From the NCBI GenBank assembly GCA_964016885.1, contig OZ024740.1, forward strand, positions 185,690,001-185,754,000: DNA of 64,000 bases. Reading direction: 5' to 3'. Positions 1-13,348 of the stretch are shown piece after piece. The position numbers and the translations under genes are program-made. The stretch comes from Eledone cirrhosa. Its lineage: Eukaryota. The notes beneath the pieces were generated by a model, which was not told the origin of the DNA, did not search any database, and saw nothing but the letters and a program-made list of their open reading frames with translations. Position 1 is the first letter of the stretch. Every line of letters begins with the position of its first letter.

Positions 1-298
1 ATAAACTCACAAGGAAATTAGTTGTTAGGGATAATAATATCGTATAATGATAATCATGTTACAATAGTATCTTTTGCTGTAATTATGAATTGTAAAAAAA
101 GTAAAAGTAACACGAAATTTATCTACACACTTGTATGTTATTATTTAACTCTATAATGATGCTCAGCTGGTTTCTCATGTAACTCACGTATATGAAGGCG
201 TTAATTTCCGGTTCCAACCTTTGAGATCATAATATCCCTGAATGTAATTTTATTGAATACGCGCCCACTTATAATAGTGATTAACAATACTATCGTAT

Positions 299-368
299 AT
301 GTGTGTGTGAGTGTGTGGTCTGTGTGCGGTGTGTGTGTGTGGATGTATATATTTGTGTGTGTGTGCGT

Positions 369-410
<42 letters not shown>
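299..410. repeat. (GT)n/(GC-GT) microsatellite
   Basis: Directly visible dinucleotide run; source of the spurious CVCV/HTHT ORFs. Confidence 0.95.
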
Positions 411-411
<1 letters not shown>

Positions 412-747
412 CGGGTTTATGTGTATATAGACGGAGACATGTTCAAGTGGGTAGGAACTTCTTTTCGCAACCACGATGTCATTGCTTCTTGCCTTAGTGT
501 GTGGTATGTTAGGGGTCATTTGCCATGATCCAAGCTGAATCTAAATCTAGTAGGTGAAATTGGATAGATGAACATTGCATTTTTGGATTTCGTTGGGTGT
601 ACCCAACCACTTTGCACACTTATTTCAAGTTGGCCATTCACGTGTTTGATGCTCATACATCATTTTCGTGGGTATGTCCATCAACATATATGTTGATGGT
701 ATATATATATATAATAATGTTGATGGTATATATATATATATGTTGAT

Positions 748-795
<48 letters not shown>

Positions 796-1119
796 CGTAG
801 AGAGATGTCGAAAGATTACGATAACGACAAAGATATAATACCAAAAAACTAAGAAATATATGGATGTATGTTAAACAGAACACAATTTGTTTGAAACACA
901 GAAATCAAACATCATTTACAATTCTAAGTATGCTCTTTTATATCTAGATTTATTCAGCATTTATGAAACAATTGTTTACAAGTTATTTAATATGTTCTAT
1001 GGATTACATGAGAATTCAACCAATATCTGTCAATTGAGAATACTTCATATATTAAAATAAATAATCACCATATCAACAAATGATTTAAGGTTTTGCTGTC
1101 ATTATCGAAGAAGCACGTC

Positions 1120-1300
1120 GCCTAGAGATAAGGGTGTTGATTTTCCAATAATAAGGAATTGAGTACCGGCAATAGCTGGGCGATTAAATCTGAGATGATT
1201 GGCGTCCTCTTCAGGGGGAAGACATCAACTCTCAGTCGCTATTGAACACAGGATAAGCGCCGGTTTGATGAACCTCCGGGCTCGCGCAAGACATTTTTGT
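1120..1300 (+). mobile_element. Degenerate SINE body/3' part
   Basis: gagtaccggcaa...gatgattggcgtcctcttcaggggg...ggataagcgccgg...gggctcg resembles the central/3' part of metazoan tRNA-SINEs (recalled, not searched). Confidence 0.4.
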
Positions 1301-1959
1301 CATTATTGCCTTCTTTTCAATCTGATCACTGCATGGGTATTTGCTTTTCTTATTAAATGGAAATAATTGTTTTTTCATGTTGTAAGAGACACCATCTGTA
1401 TATTGCCAAGCGATTGCTTAAAATCGGAATGCTTGAATAGATCAGTGTTAATGCAATATTTCAACAAACAGAGAATTAACCTGTCTGATGAAATCTAAAT
1501 ATTTCTTAATCGTCGAAATATGCAGGATAAAGATTCTGTGTAACATACACAATAAAACTGACTGTTAAGAAACATACCAATCACAAGTAGCTGATTATCT
1601 TTTTTCCTATCTAGTTAAAAGATTTCTCTTACCGTATTGGAGATCAATATCTCCTCTATGGCAATTGTAATATGACAGTATAAAAACAGTGTTAAAACGA
1701 TATCTCAAAATGATACAGGCCTCTTGTGATGAACTGCATTTTCTCCATTACGTTCGGGGAGCTTGGCTTAGGTGGGAATTATATGAAATATGCACATGTC
1801 TATACATATATTTTAAACATCAATCAAGCAGAATAGTAATTTGCCTTTTCTTATTGTTCGAGATCATTCACAGCGTAGATGCAGGATAAAGTGATGTAGA
1901 TATAAAATCACTTTTCTTAATGGTTTTCTTCTTTCGGCAAACCAACACATTTTGTTTCC

Positions 1960-2320
1960 ATTATTATAATACAGAGGTTGACTTTGCCTTTCATCCTTAC
2001 GGGGTCGATACAATAAAGTACCAGTAATGCACTGGGTAATTGCTGGCCTTGTGCCTAAAGTAGAAACAATTATTATAATACAGAGGAGGGCAGTGGAATA
2101 GCAGTATCGATAGAGGGTCGGACGCTTTGCTTTGCAGCAAAGAGTTACGGCCCTTTATGGTCTGAGTTCAAATCCCGCCGAGGTTACTTTGAATTTCATC
2201 CTTACGGGGTCGATAAATAAAGTACCAGTCACGCACTGGGGAACCGATTTAATCGACTTTCCCCTCCCCCAAAATTGCTGGCCCTGTGCCTATATAAGAA
2301 ACCATTATTATAATACAGAG
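1960..2320 (+). mobile_element. Two tandem copies of the main tRNA-derived SINE (3' half + near full length)
   Basis: Core ttgactttgcctttcatccttacggggtcgata...aaagtaccagt and B-box gagttcaaatcc. The 17-mer attattataatacagag occurs three times (1960, 2069, 2304) as TSDs. Confidence 0.9.
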
Positions 2321-3412
2321 GTATGGAGACATTGAAAGTTCATAGACAAAACCATATATCTTGAGAGATATTCGAAAATCACTTATGGGCACTGTGACGA
2401 ACTGCAATTGTTCGAGTGGGTGTTTATGGGTTGTGACAGTTAATAACATAGACACAGATATTGGAATATAGAATGGGATATAATACCAAGAAATAATTTC
2501 ATTGTATTATATAAATGGAAGAAGACGCGAATAACATATTTAATATTCTCCTCAAAGTGTAATGATATTCAATGGAGTGAGTGACGTTTTCAAGAAAATA
2601 AGCAGATTATCCAGTTCAGTTGCAATGATGACGGTAATTGATCCGTTGAGAAGAAACATAATTCTGTGAAAATTCTCTTGGAACAGAAACTAAGGGAATT
2701 TAGAAGAGAATTATATTATCTGTCCTCTGACGTGAACAACAATATTCTAACAAATGATTATTCTAACAAATAATTGCGTTGGCAAGAAGGTGGTAATGAA
2801 ATAATAGTACGTGTATGCTGAGAGCATCTAGAAAACTATAATCTACATATAACATACATTAACTTTCGGGACGATTTTGATGCTAGTTTTCACTATTTGA
2901 ATCAGAAAAGTATCGGTTTTCTATTATAATAAACAGGTTCGGTGAAATATTGAGTTGCAAAGATATCGAAAATTGCTAAGCATACTGAATCAGAAGAATG
3001 TATTTTTACCAAACACAACGGAGAAAATATACAAGGATATTCTACATATAAGTCGTAGTATAATTATCAAGAGTTTTCGAATCTCCTTCTAAGGCCATTG
3101 GTATAATTTTTTGTAATTGCAAGCGAATTCGATATTAAGGTTCTTAACTATATACTTACGAAATGTACAATAACTCTGCATGCTGGTCGATACAACGAAA
3201 ATATAAGAAAAAAATAGCAGCTCTGCATTTATATCATTTGTAGAGGCATTAAAAAGTACATATATGCAGTATAATTTTGCTGTAAGTATACAAATTTATG
3301 GTATTACATTTCCCATTTTACCTATAACTGTAACCAATGCATTACTTTACAAATAAAATCATTCAGATTTTAATAAAGCTTAGTCCAGTTATTCACAAAA
3401 GTGTCTGCAAAA

Positions 3413-3515
3413 ATAATTGTTTCTACTTTTGACACAAGGCCAGCAAATACCCAGTACATTACTGGTACTTTATTTTATCGACCTCGTAAGGATGAAAGGA
3501 AAAGTTAACCTCGGA
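3413..3515 (-). mobile_element. Main SINE family, 3' half
   Basis: Reverse complement of the core and tail (aattgtttctact...ggatgaaagg...aacctcgg). Confidence 0.85.
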
Positions 3516-3600
3516 ATAGTTTTTGTTTACGAAAATTCTACTCAACATTTTGTTTCCTTTAGTCTCTTATTATTATGATAATTATTTTTGGAACTTTCAA

Positions 3601-3930
3601 CGGGCGGTCGATTGGGAGAATTGTTAGAACGTCGGAATAAATGTTTAGCGGCATTTATTCCGCCTCTTTATATCCTGAGTCAACTTTGCCTTTCATGCGT
3701 ATCTAAATTAGAAACCCCTATTAGATCCTTGAATTTACAGAATGGTTAAAGTGATTTTTCATATTTAGTTACAAATCTTTACGTTCTCATTTCAAATCTG
3801 ACTCAGGCTATATTTGCCGTTCGGCCTTTACCATTAATGTATTTAAGCACCAGACAATTGTTGGATTCGATGTAGTCGACTGCCCCCACAAAAAAAAACC
3901 ATATATTTCTTTCTCTCTAAATTATAAACA
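3601..3930 (+). mobile_element. Older degenerate copies of a related SINE
   Basis: ggcggtcgattgggagaattgttag...gagtcaactttgcctttcat, followed by a second decayed copy. Confidence 0.55.
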
Positions 3931-6019
3931 ACTAGCCGAAAAACGACTCTTCGGGTGGTTTTCTGCTAACATGTGTAGACGCAACTATACATGCATGTAT
4001 GTATATGATACATCAAATAAAATCGTATTTGAGAATATGCACAGAAATTGAAGAGAGACTGTGTTACACTCTCTTTCAGTAAAGTAATCCATGATACATT
4101 AAAAAAAGACGATTTTATATATAAAATGCATTACGGTGAAATGTGATGGAAACGAAAATGGAGAAAATTTGCGACAGAAATACAAACGTTATGATATAAC
4201 GATGCAAATATGTGAACGTTTATATAAGCGATATAATATAACGTCCGTTATATCATAACCGGAAGAATTGACATTTAAAATTTTTCAAAAAAGTGAATCT
4301 TAAAATATGGATTCATTATATATAAGATTATTTATGTTTAATCAACGGCTACGAAATTCAGTACATAAATTATGTAATATTCATACATCATTTATTGAAA
4401 GTAATCCAACTTATTTTACTAAAGGGATAAATATATATATATATTTATATATTCAAGACACAATCCCGCACTCCTCCTTTTATTATATTATGATTATTTT
4501 TATCACCATCATTGTCATTTTTATTGTCATCATGATCATTTTCATTAAGAATATCATCATTATTATTGTTTTTACGGATATATCTATTTTAAAGATATTT
4601 AAGGGTGTTGTCACGGCAATAAAACTCCCTAATAAATGATCGGTTGTATTCTAGCTCATGGTATAAATCTGATGCACTGTTTTATGAATTTTCTGTTCCG
4701 TAATTGTTTTTGGAATGTGATATGGGTTAAAATTTAAAATAAATCAAGCAAAGGAGATTATTTCTAGAGAAAATCTCATGAATTATTTTATCGCCTGCCA
4801 AGCTAACAGTTAGTTAAATTGCATCTTTTCTCTTAGTTTTTGTTTTAGCTATAATTGCATTAGACAAGAAAAGAACAATCGGAACAACCAAAGTAACTTA
4901 AATGTAAAACAAATGAATAATCTTTGGAAGGTATGCTGCCCTTTAATCATCACTATTTAAAATTTAACTCCCACAAATAAGGGCATTTAAAAAATGGTAA
5001 TATTTTCCCATTATAAATTAGTTTCAACTATAAGAGTTTATATGTGAATTTAATCAGTAACGACACGTTACTATTCATTGCAAGAAATATTTTTAAATAT
5101 TTAGGCTGAAGCATCTAAATTAAGAAACACTAATTAAGTTTAAAAGTCATAGTTTTAAACGACCATCTCCTCATTTCTAACCACCTGGCCTGATTTAAAA
5201 ACAAAAATTTAAAAGGTATGATGAATTCTAATCTGTAAATTTCCTTAAGCTGAATTTGTAATATATATTTACTAAGGTGATTCAATAATTGTAAGCACAC
5301 TGTTATTCGAACGGTACTATATTGGGACAATGTTTGACAGACCTGGAAGTGTGAAATGATTAATTTTATTCAAATAAGTCTCGATGAAAACTGGAAGTCT
5401 TTATGTTTCTTATAAACAATATGAAAGACCTTTGGATTTACAAATCCATAAAAAATCCCGTACGTTGATTTAAGTAGTATTTCAGATTTACTCTTTAATT
5501 ATAAGCGATGTCAAACATGTTTGATCACGAATTTAGAAGTATACATCCGAGAGTGTCAAAAGCACAGTAGTGTTTTGTGATGATCCGGTCAATATTGTTA
5601 ATGTAATTAGATGATCCTGTAGTCGCATCGCAAGTAAGGGAATCATCTTGCCGAATCAATTAGGGCCTGTTGTCCTGTTTAAATGCTGACAGTTTTTATA
5701 GTCTCTTCGGTGTATGCACAAGATTATTTAGTCTCTTGTGGCTAGTTCCGATATATGTATAGAAGCACAATTAGATGATAGTCGTTCGTTGTATCTTGTG
5801 CTTTTACTGCATATTAATCAACACATGCTTCATAGAGCTGTACAGCTAAATTCAAAACCTACTGCGTTATAATCGATGGGATTCTTCTCTCTTGGACCAT
5901 GATTATTCAACTGTGGAAATGAATGTAATTAATGTTTGGTGTTGAATGATCCAATGATTTGTATGGTAGTATTCCAACACATAAACACAAACGAATAAAC
6001 CACCCGCCAATAGAAATGT

Positions 6020-6140
6020 AAACTATCCAGTGCATTTCCACAGTGTTCGTCTACCGAATTTCAATCACAAAGCCTGAGTTGAATAGAGTCTATTGTAAAG
6101 TCACTTGACCATCATGTAAGGTGGTAGGATCGAAATCGTG
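6020..6140 (-). mobile_element. Degenerate second SINE family (octopus-type tRNA SINE)
   Basis: ttcgtctaccgaatttcaatcacaaagcc...ctattgtaaagtcacttgacc is similar to the reverse complement of 60255-60410. Confidence 0.5.
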
Positions 6141-6651
6141 TTATAATCATTGCGTAAAGTATATTTGCATAATATTTAAAAGAACCCTGAACAAAATTCC
6201 AGACGGTATGTTTTACAGTGATAACGTGCCACCACTCGCGTAACATATTTTATCTGCGTTAGTATGCATGGATATGAGACATGTATCTATTTGAAAAACG
6301 GAATACAAATGAGCAGATTTATTTCAAAAAGACTTTCTCTAAGATATGTCTTGGTATTCGAAAGATATAATCTTTTCTGATTGGCATCCGGTACATATTT
6401 CATCACTGCTTCATCAGTAAATGAATAGTTACCTCTACGCACATGATTTATACGCCCACATACACTCCTACGCATAACTACCTCCCCTATCTACCTACCT
6501 ACACACCTACCTACCTACCCACCTATCTACATACATACATAAATGATGATGGCTGCCCCCTCATTATCGAGTGCGGCCATTGCACGGACAAAAATTATCT
6601 TAGATAAAAATAAATAAATAAAATAAAATAAATAAGTAAATAAATAAATAA

Positions 6652-6700
<49 letters not shown>

Positions 6701-6827
6701 GAGAAGTGAGGTTCTATACAAAACAGTGGGAATAGAGAAAAGCTGAAGTTGGAAATAGCACGGGAGATATGTTTAAGGGTCTGTTTTTCTTTTTGGATTC
6801 GTCAAAGTATCATTATTGAAAAGATAG

Positions 6828-7009
6828 CGGTGGATTGGCAGTATCGGTGGAGGGTCGGACGCCATGCTTTCCAGCATAGTTACGTCCCTTTACGATCTGA
6901 GTTCAAATCCGGCCGAGGTTGACTTTGCCTTTCATCCTTACGGGGTCGATAAAATAAAGTACCAGTAATGCACTGGGTAATTGCTGGCCTTGTGCCTAAA
7001 GTAGAAACA
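6828..7009 (+). mobile_element. Full-length main SINE with 16-bp TSD
   Basis: A-box tggcagtatcgg, B-box gagttcaaatcc, core and tail present. TSD attattgaaaagatag at 6812-6827 and 7010-7025; the empty site is visible in the right arm (~7937-7956). Confidence 0.93.
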
Positions 7010-7110
7010 ATTATTGAAAAGATAGTGTTAGTAAAAATATAATGTTATTATAAAAAGGGGATCAATTCTTTTTTGAAATCTTTTTTGTGGAGTATATAAA
7101 GTGAATGGAA

Positions 7111-7153
7111 AAATTACCGGTTTCGATGTATTAAAATACATCTTGTCAAATTC
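7111..7153 (-). ncRNA. Minimal type-I hammerhead ribozyme motif (U3-A8 core variant)
   Basis: Minus strand: gaat-TTGACAA-gatgtatt tt aatacatc-GAAA-ccgg-TA-attt. 8-bp stem II, palindromic stem III ACCGGT, GUA site. A more decayed mirror copy lies at 7811-7853 (+). Confidence 0.65.
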
Positions 7154-8027
7154 AGTGAAAAAAGTTAATCAAAAAGGGAATAAAAAAAGTGTTTAAAATT
7201 AAAATTAAAATCAAAAACGAATGTTTGAGCAAAATTTCCTCTGAAAAGTTTCCTTCGAATGAGGCCAAGTTGTTTTTTTTAATCTAGTAGTCAATAGTTC
7301 AAAAGGGGGTAGGGGGTTGTAGGAGCTGATTCATTCTGGAAATCCTTTGGATTTAACTTTTGCCAATCTTCGGAATTTTCAAGATAAAATAACTTTTTCT
7401 TAATTCCCTTCTACAAAAGTAACTTTAACAGACAAACTGTAAAAACACACACACAACAAACCCACACATATATACGCACACATATTTATGCATACATATA
7501 CGAACACACTCACGTGTGTACTGTTATATATATACACTCTGACACTCTCTCTATACATGTGTGTGTGGGTATGTACACATACCAACCTACCACAGTAGTC
7601 AGCTCCTACAGAAGCAGTCAGCTCCTACAACCCTCTACCCCCTTTTGAACTATTGACCACTAGATTAAACAAAGCAACTTGGCCTCATTCCATGCAACTT
7701 TTCAGAAGGCATGATGGAAGACATTTTACTCAAACATTCGTTTTTGATTTTAATTTTAATTTAATTTTAAACACATTTTTAACTCCCATTTTAATAAACT
7801 TTTTTTCACTGAATGTTACAAGATGGATTTTAATACATAGAAACTGGTAATTTTTCCATACACTTTATGTACTCCATAAAAAAAAATTTCAAAAAAGAAT
7901 TGTCCCTCTTCTTTTAATAACACTATAATTTTAATAACACTATGTTTTCAATAATGTCCCGTCCCTTTGACGTATCAAAAAAGAAAAACAGACCCCTAAA
8001 CATATCTCCCGTGCTATTTCTAACTTC

Positions 8028-8161
<134 letters not shown>

Positions 8162-8260
8162 TTGAATAATAAATTTGAAGACTAAAATCCAGAGAGAGCT
8201 CGATAAGGATAAATGTATATCAAATATATAAGAATCGTAGAGCAAATATTTAATAAAATA

Positions 8261-8336
8261 ACAGATTAAATTTAAGCAAAGAATCGCTGCTTTCACCCAT
8301 AACGGGATCTTCTGAAACTAAAAAAGTCAATCTCTG
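8261..8336 (-). ncRNA. Hammerhead-like motif in the PLE pseudo-LTR (CAGAAGA core)
   Basis: Minus strand: agttt-CAGAAGA-tccc gttat gggt-GAAA-gca gcgattctt tgc-TT-aaa..., with distal pairing gattg/taatc. Partial copies at 11945-11989 (+) and 12004-12061 (-). Confidence 0.55.
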
Positions 8337-8936
8337 AACGCAGAAGTAAATATTTCAAAAAACGTTGCAACCGAAAGAAGACAGGAAGACGATACTTTGG
8401 TTCTTGAAAACATTCCCTGGCAAAGAACGGATAAAAACGAAGATAATACGTCATTAATTGGAGAGGAGAAAACGATAACACGCAAAGACAAAACCACGTT
8501 TATGGTATAAATGAAGTCGTAGAATAATATTCTATTAGTTGGTTCGTGGAGACGTTCTCTGGCAATGAACGGAAAACACGAAGATAATACGTCATTGTGT
8601 GGATCGTTGAGAACAATTAAACGCAAAGACAAACCGCGTATATGGTATAACTAAAGCCGTAGACTAAAGTTCTATTTAGGAAACCGAATGATTCTCGGCT
8701 TCAGAGTTAAGAAAAAAGTAAATAAATTGCAAAGGTAATGAAATTAGATATGTACATGCACGCATCCATATACGTACATACAAAAGCATAAGCGAAAACA
8801 CCCGCAAAAAAAAAATGGGTATGCAAATACAAGCACGTACACAAAGAAAAAGAAAAAAAACACGCATCCACATACAGAACACACGCAATGCCTGTACACG
8901 CACACATACGAACGTATGAACCAAATACGCATAAAC

Positions 8937-9013
<77 letters not shown>

Positions 9014-9199
9014 CATATAATTATATAAAAGTATATAAATATACTCACATAAATACGTATATAACGCGCGTACACATACCTACATGTAAATACACATATG
9101 TACACAGACGTACGTCAACCAAAACACAAAGGACACATATACACACACCCTACATACATACAAACACGCATACTCACACAGACGCAGAACTCGCGTATA

Positions 9200-10910
9200 G
9201 CGCAGTACTAACCATCAACTGCTACATAATGCTGTTACTAAGGATTCCCGTAAATCTAATCGGAGCGTCATTAATGAAATCAACGATGCCGGGTTTAAAA
9301 TAACTTCTGATCTAAACATCCTGGACCGAACTGAACTTCTGGACCCTATTTCTCCCCACTTAACCCTGAAGGATCACAAATCCAATTTGCCGAACAACCC
9401 CTCTATTCTGCTTATTAATCCTACGAAGACCGATTTAGGTAGACTTAGTAAAAGGATTTTAGGTAGAATTATACCCGAAATTAGGAGTCTGGCCCCTCTT
9501 GCACAGTGGAACAATTCCTTCGCGGTGGTTGATTGGTTCAACGGCATATGCAACAAGGAACATTGCCGTTTTATCCAATTCGACATCAATAATTACTACT
9601 CCTCCATCACTTTAACACTCCTACATAGAGCTATCAATTCCGCTAAAACACTCACAGGATTTCGAAGTTGATTAAGTCGGTGATTAATTTCGACGCCTCA
9701 ATTTGGATTAAACAATCTAATAGTACCCAATTAGACGTGAATATGGGCGCCAGCGATTCTGCGGTGGTTACTGATCTTATCGGCCTTTTCCTTCTTTACT
9801 CTATCAAGGAAGAACTTCCCAACGTGGGCGGTGGTTTGTATCGTGATGACGGTCTTTTGATCATGACAAAACGGACCACGTGCTTGCGACAGGTCCAGAA
9901 AAGAACTCACAGTCTTCTTTAAAGGCTTCAACCTCTCCATACAGGTTGAGGCCAACCCATCGGTCGTTAATTACCTCGACGTTACCCTCAATTTGTCGAA
10001 TGGCTTTCACTACCCGTATAGAAAGCCGAATGATACGCTTAATTACATAAGTAAGCATTCTACCCATCCTGACAGCATAATCAAGAACCTGGTAAGAAAC
10101 GTTTCTTTGAGGCTTTCCCGTCTATCTACAAACGAGCATATTTTCAACGACCATTCCACATATTACAATGAAGCTCTTGCTCGGAGTGGATTTGTCGATA
10201 AAGTACCTTATACAGAGTACGAGAATAGACCTAGGAAAAATAGATCCCGAGGCATTATATGGTATAACCCACCATATAATATGGAGATGGCCACACCATT
10301 AGCTAAAATATTTCTCTTCCTTTTAATGAAGCATTCCCCCAGCACATAAATATAGTAACATTTTTTATAGAAATACCATTAAAATGTCTTACTCTACCAC
10401 TCCTAGCCTTGCCCATAACATCACAGCTTCAAATTTAGCTAAATTACCTAGCCGTCGGAACACGTGCAACCCTGTGGCTAGTACTAACTGTAATTGTAGG
10501 AATCGGGTCGACTGCCACCATCCGGGAAATATCTCTCTAGTAACATTGTCTACAAATGTAAGGTTAAAACACCCACGTCTCGTAGGGCCTACATAGGGTT
10601 AACCGTCAATAGATTCAAGCAGCGTCTTTACATGCACACCCATTCTTTTATTAACCCTTTAAAATGAAATATGACGTCACTTTCAACTTATATCTGCAGT
10701 CTAAAAGACAACCACACCCAATATAAGTTACACTGGGAGTTCCTAGCTAGGGCTAGATCGTATAACGGAAATAAAAGACCATGTGACCTCTGCGCCGCTG
10801 AGGCCCTGGAAATAGTCTACGCCAAAGCCCACATCTTAAACAAAAATCTGAGGCAAGTTCAGCTTGTAAACATAAATCGCACAAAACCTTCCTGTATTGC
10901 AGCCCCACAA
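9200..10910 (+). pseudogene. Frameshifted Penelope-like reverse transcriptase + GIY-YIG endonuclease
   Basis: LTLKDHK..NNPSILLINP, FIQFDINNYYSSIT, MGASDS, GGLYRDDGL, YLDVTLNL, YRKPNDTLNYISKHSTHP, IIWYNPPY, CNCRNRVDC, NIVYKC..YIGLT..FKQR, CDLCAAEALEI; several stops and frameshifts. Confidence 0.92.
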
Positions 10911-11602
10911 TATGCCCTAATGGATATTACGAACTATACGCAGATTGTTTACGTCTTGATGTGGTAGCTAAGTATATGATATGTTTATACCATTACTTAT
11001 TTGTAAAGGTAAGTATATATTACCTGTATGTTTTGTGAAGGTACGTAAACTTTCTCGTACGTATATTTGCTTGTATATGTTATGGCGTATATATTATATA
11101 TACTGGTACATGTGCATATGGTTATGTGTATACGCGAATTCTGAGTCTATGTGAGTATGCGAGTTCGTACACATGTAGGGTGTGTGTATATGTGAACTTT
11201 GTGTTTAGGTTGACGTACGTCTGTGTACATATGTGCATTTACATGTGGATATGTGCGTGCGCGTTATATAAGCATTTATGTGTGTATATTTATATACGTT
11301 TATATAATTAAATGTATACACACACACACACATATATATATATATGTTTGTATATATTTTTATGTGTATTTGGTGTATACGTTCGTGTGTGTGCGGGTAC
11401 AGGCGTTGCGTGGGTTCTGTATGTGCGTGCGTGTTTTTTTATTGTGTACGTGCTTGTATTTGCATACCCATTGTGTGTGTTTTCGCGTATGCCTGTGTAT
11501 GTACGTATATGGATGCGTGCATGTATATATTTAATTTCAATTACCTCTGTAATTTATTTACTTTATTCTTAACTCTGAAGCCGAGAATCATTCAGTTTCC
11601 TG

Positions 11603-11884
11603 AATAGAATTTAAGTCTACGACTTCAGTTATATCATATACGTCATTTTGTCTTTGCGTGTAATTGTTCTCAACGATCCACATAATGACGTATTATCTTC
11701 GTGTTTTCCGTTCATTGCCAGAGAACGTCTCCACGAACCACGTAATAGAATATTAGTCTACGACTTCATTTATACCATAAACGTGGTTTTGTCTTTGCGT
11801 GTAATTGTTTTCACCGCTCCAATTAATGACGTATCCTTTTCGTTTTTATCCGTTCTTTGCCAGGGAATGTTTCCACGAACCAAA
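11603..11884. repeat. Two ~141-bp tandem units inside the pseudo-LTR (mirrored at ~8395-8680)
   Basis: aatagaat..gtctacgacttca..gtctttgcgtgtaattgtt..aatgacgta..ttgccag..ccacgaacca occurs twice. Confidence 0.85.
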
Positions 11885-13293
11885 GTATCGTCTTTCTATC
11901 TTCATTCGGTTGCAACATTTTCTGAAATATTTACTTCTGCGTTCACAGATTGATTATTTTAATTTCAAAAGATCCTGTTAAGGGTGAAATATATATTAAA
12001 ATAACAGATTAAAGTTTAAGCAAAGAATCGCTGCTTTCACCCTTAACATGATCTTCTGAAATAAAAAAAATATATATATATATATTCATATCAACAATTA
12101 ATTGTGCTGCGATCGAATGTGGCTTTTTATCCCACCAGATGATCTAAAATACATACATACATATATTATATACAGTAATGGATATATAATATGTAGAGAC
12201 ATTTAATGTAATATGTAATAATAAATTATATATACATTCATAATTAAATATTTAAATTAATAGCATGTATATAAGGGACTTTTAACACAATATAATAATA
12301 ATAAAGTATATTTACATTTATAATTAAATATATAAATTAATAGCATTTTATATAAGGGATTTACTTTTAACACAATGATGTATATTACACAAATGATCTA
12401 ACTATTTGGACATGTAAACAGCTATACAATTTTCCATAACATATATTTTGTCCAGTAAGGAATAGATAACAATCTAATGAGACCTTTAATGTATTATAGG
12501 AAAATACACTATATTTAAAATTAAGTATAAATATATAACATTATGTAATAGAGATTCACTTGTATCACATTATAATGTGTATTGGAGCAAATAATTTAAA
12601 TAATTAAATAATTGAATTTAATCAGGTAGTTACCTCCCCTTACGCATTAGCTCCCCTTAATCTTAAATATCATACTCACTTCCAGAAATTAAACCGTTGG
12701 AAAAACTACCTGTTGAACAACTCTAATCAATGAAAAAGAATACAATAAGACCAATTTACAATCCATTGCTGTAACTAACTTAAAACATTCAATATAAAGA
12801 TTAACTAAAATATAATTCAACATATGTAATGGAAAGGACTAAAATAACTTTGATTTTCTCAACACACACAAATTCGAACACTATCAACATATTACATCCG
12901 CCATAAATGTTAATACATTAACATATTTGCTTACCATACAGTATTTATTTATCTATATATGCATAATACCTTTGCTTATTTCCTTCTCATATATATGACT
13001 AACGCATGTGCACTTTCTACACGCTTGCATATCTACTGCTAATGTACTCTTGCTTTCTCAATGTTTCTTTCTCAATGCCTCTTTAATTATTAGACTATTC
13101 TCTTGTATTATTTGTTTCATGTATTCCACTCTGTGCTTTTAATTTGAATTTGAATTATTGTACAATTCTCGTATAATATATGTCGCATCCAGTACACCCT
13201 GTAAATACGAAACTGTTGCTCACACCATCAATATATATGTATCTATATGATTGTTCAGTTGAATAGGATGTTAATTATATGTACAAACATTGA

Positions 13294-13348
13294 TAATGCT
13301 CCGATGAATCCAAACGAAAGTCTGGAAGAAACGATTGTCAGCTATTAA
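13294..13348 (+). ncRNA. Hammerhead-like motif (CCGATGA core), probable solo PLE pseudo-LTR
   Basis: gct-CCGATGA-a tcca aacgaaagtc tgga a-GAAA-cgattg-TC-agc; near-palindromic stem III, GUC site. Confidence 0.6.

Noticed and set aside
5130-5830. Possible GIY-YIG remnant on the minus strand (YIGTSHKRL)
   Set aside because: Only one short motif, not enough to call without a profile search.
9200-10910. Naiad-type selenoprotein PLE
   Set aside because: The endonuclease is C-terminal, disruptions are random frameshifts and stops, and no convincing SECIS was seen.
8327-11953. Paired 101-aa ORFs (8327-8632 minus; 11648-11953 plus) as duplicated genes
   Set aside because: They are mirror images inside the inverted pseudo-LTRs, use non-ATG starts, differ at 13 residues and derive from a 141-bp tandem repeat.
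8291-11989. DNA transposon (TIR element) carrying an RT gene
   Set aside because: No transposase or clear TSD; the arms copy the PLE's own 3' region and contain an HHR-like motif, matching an inverted pseudo-LTR.
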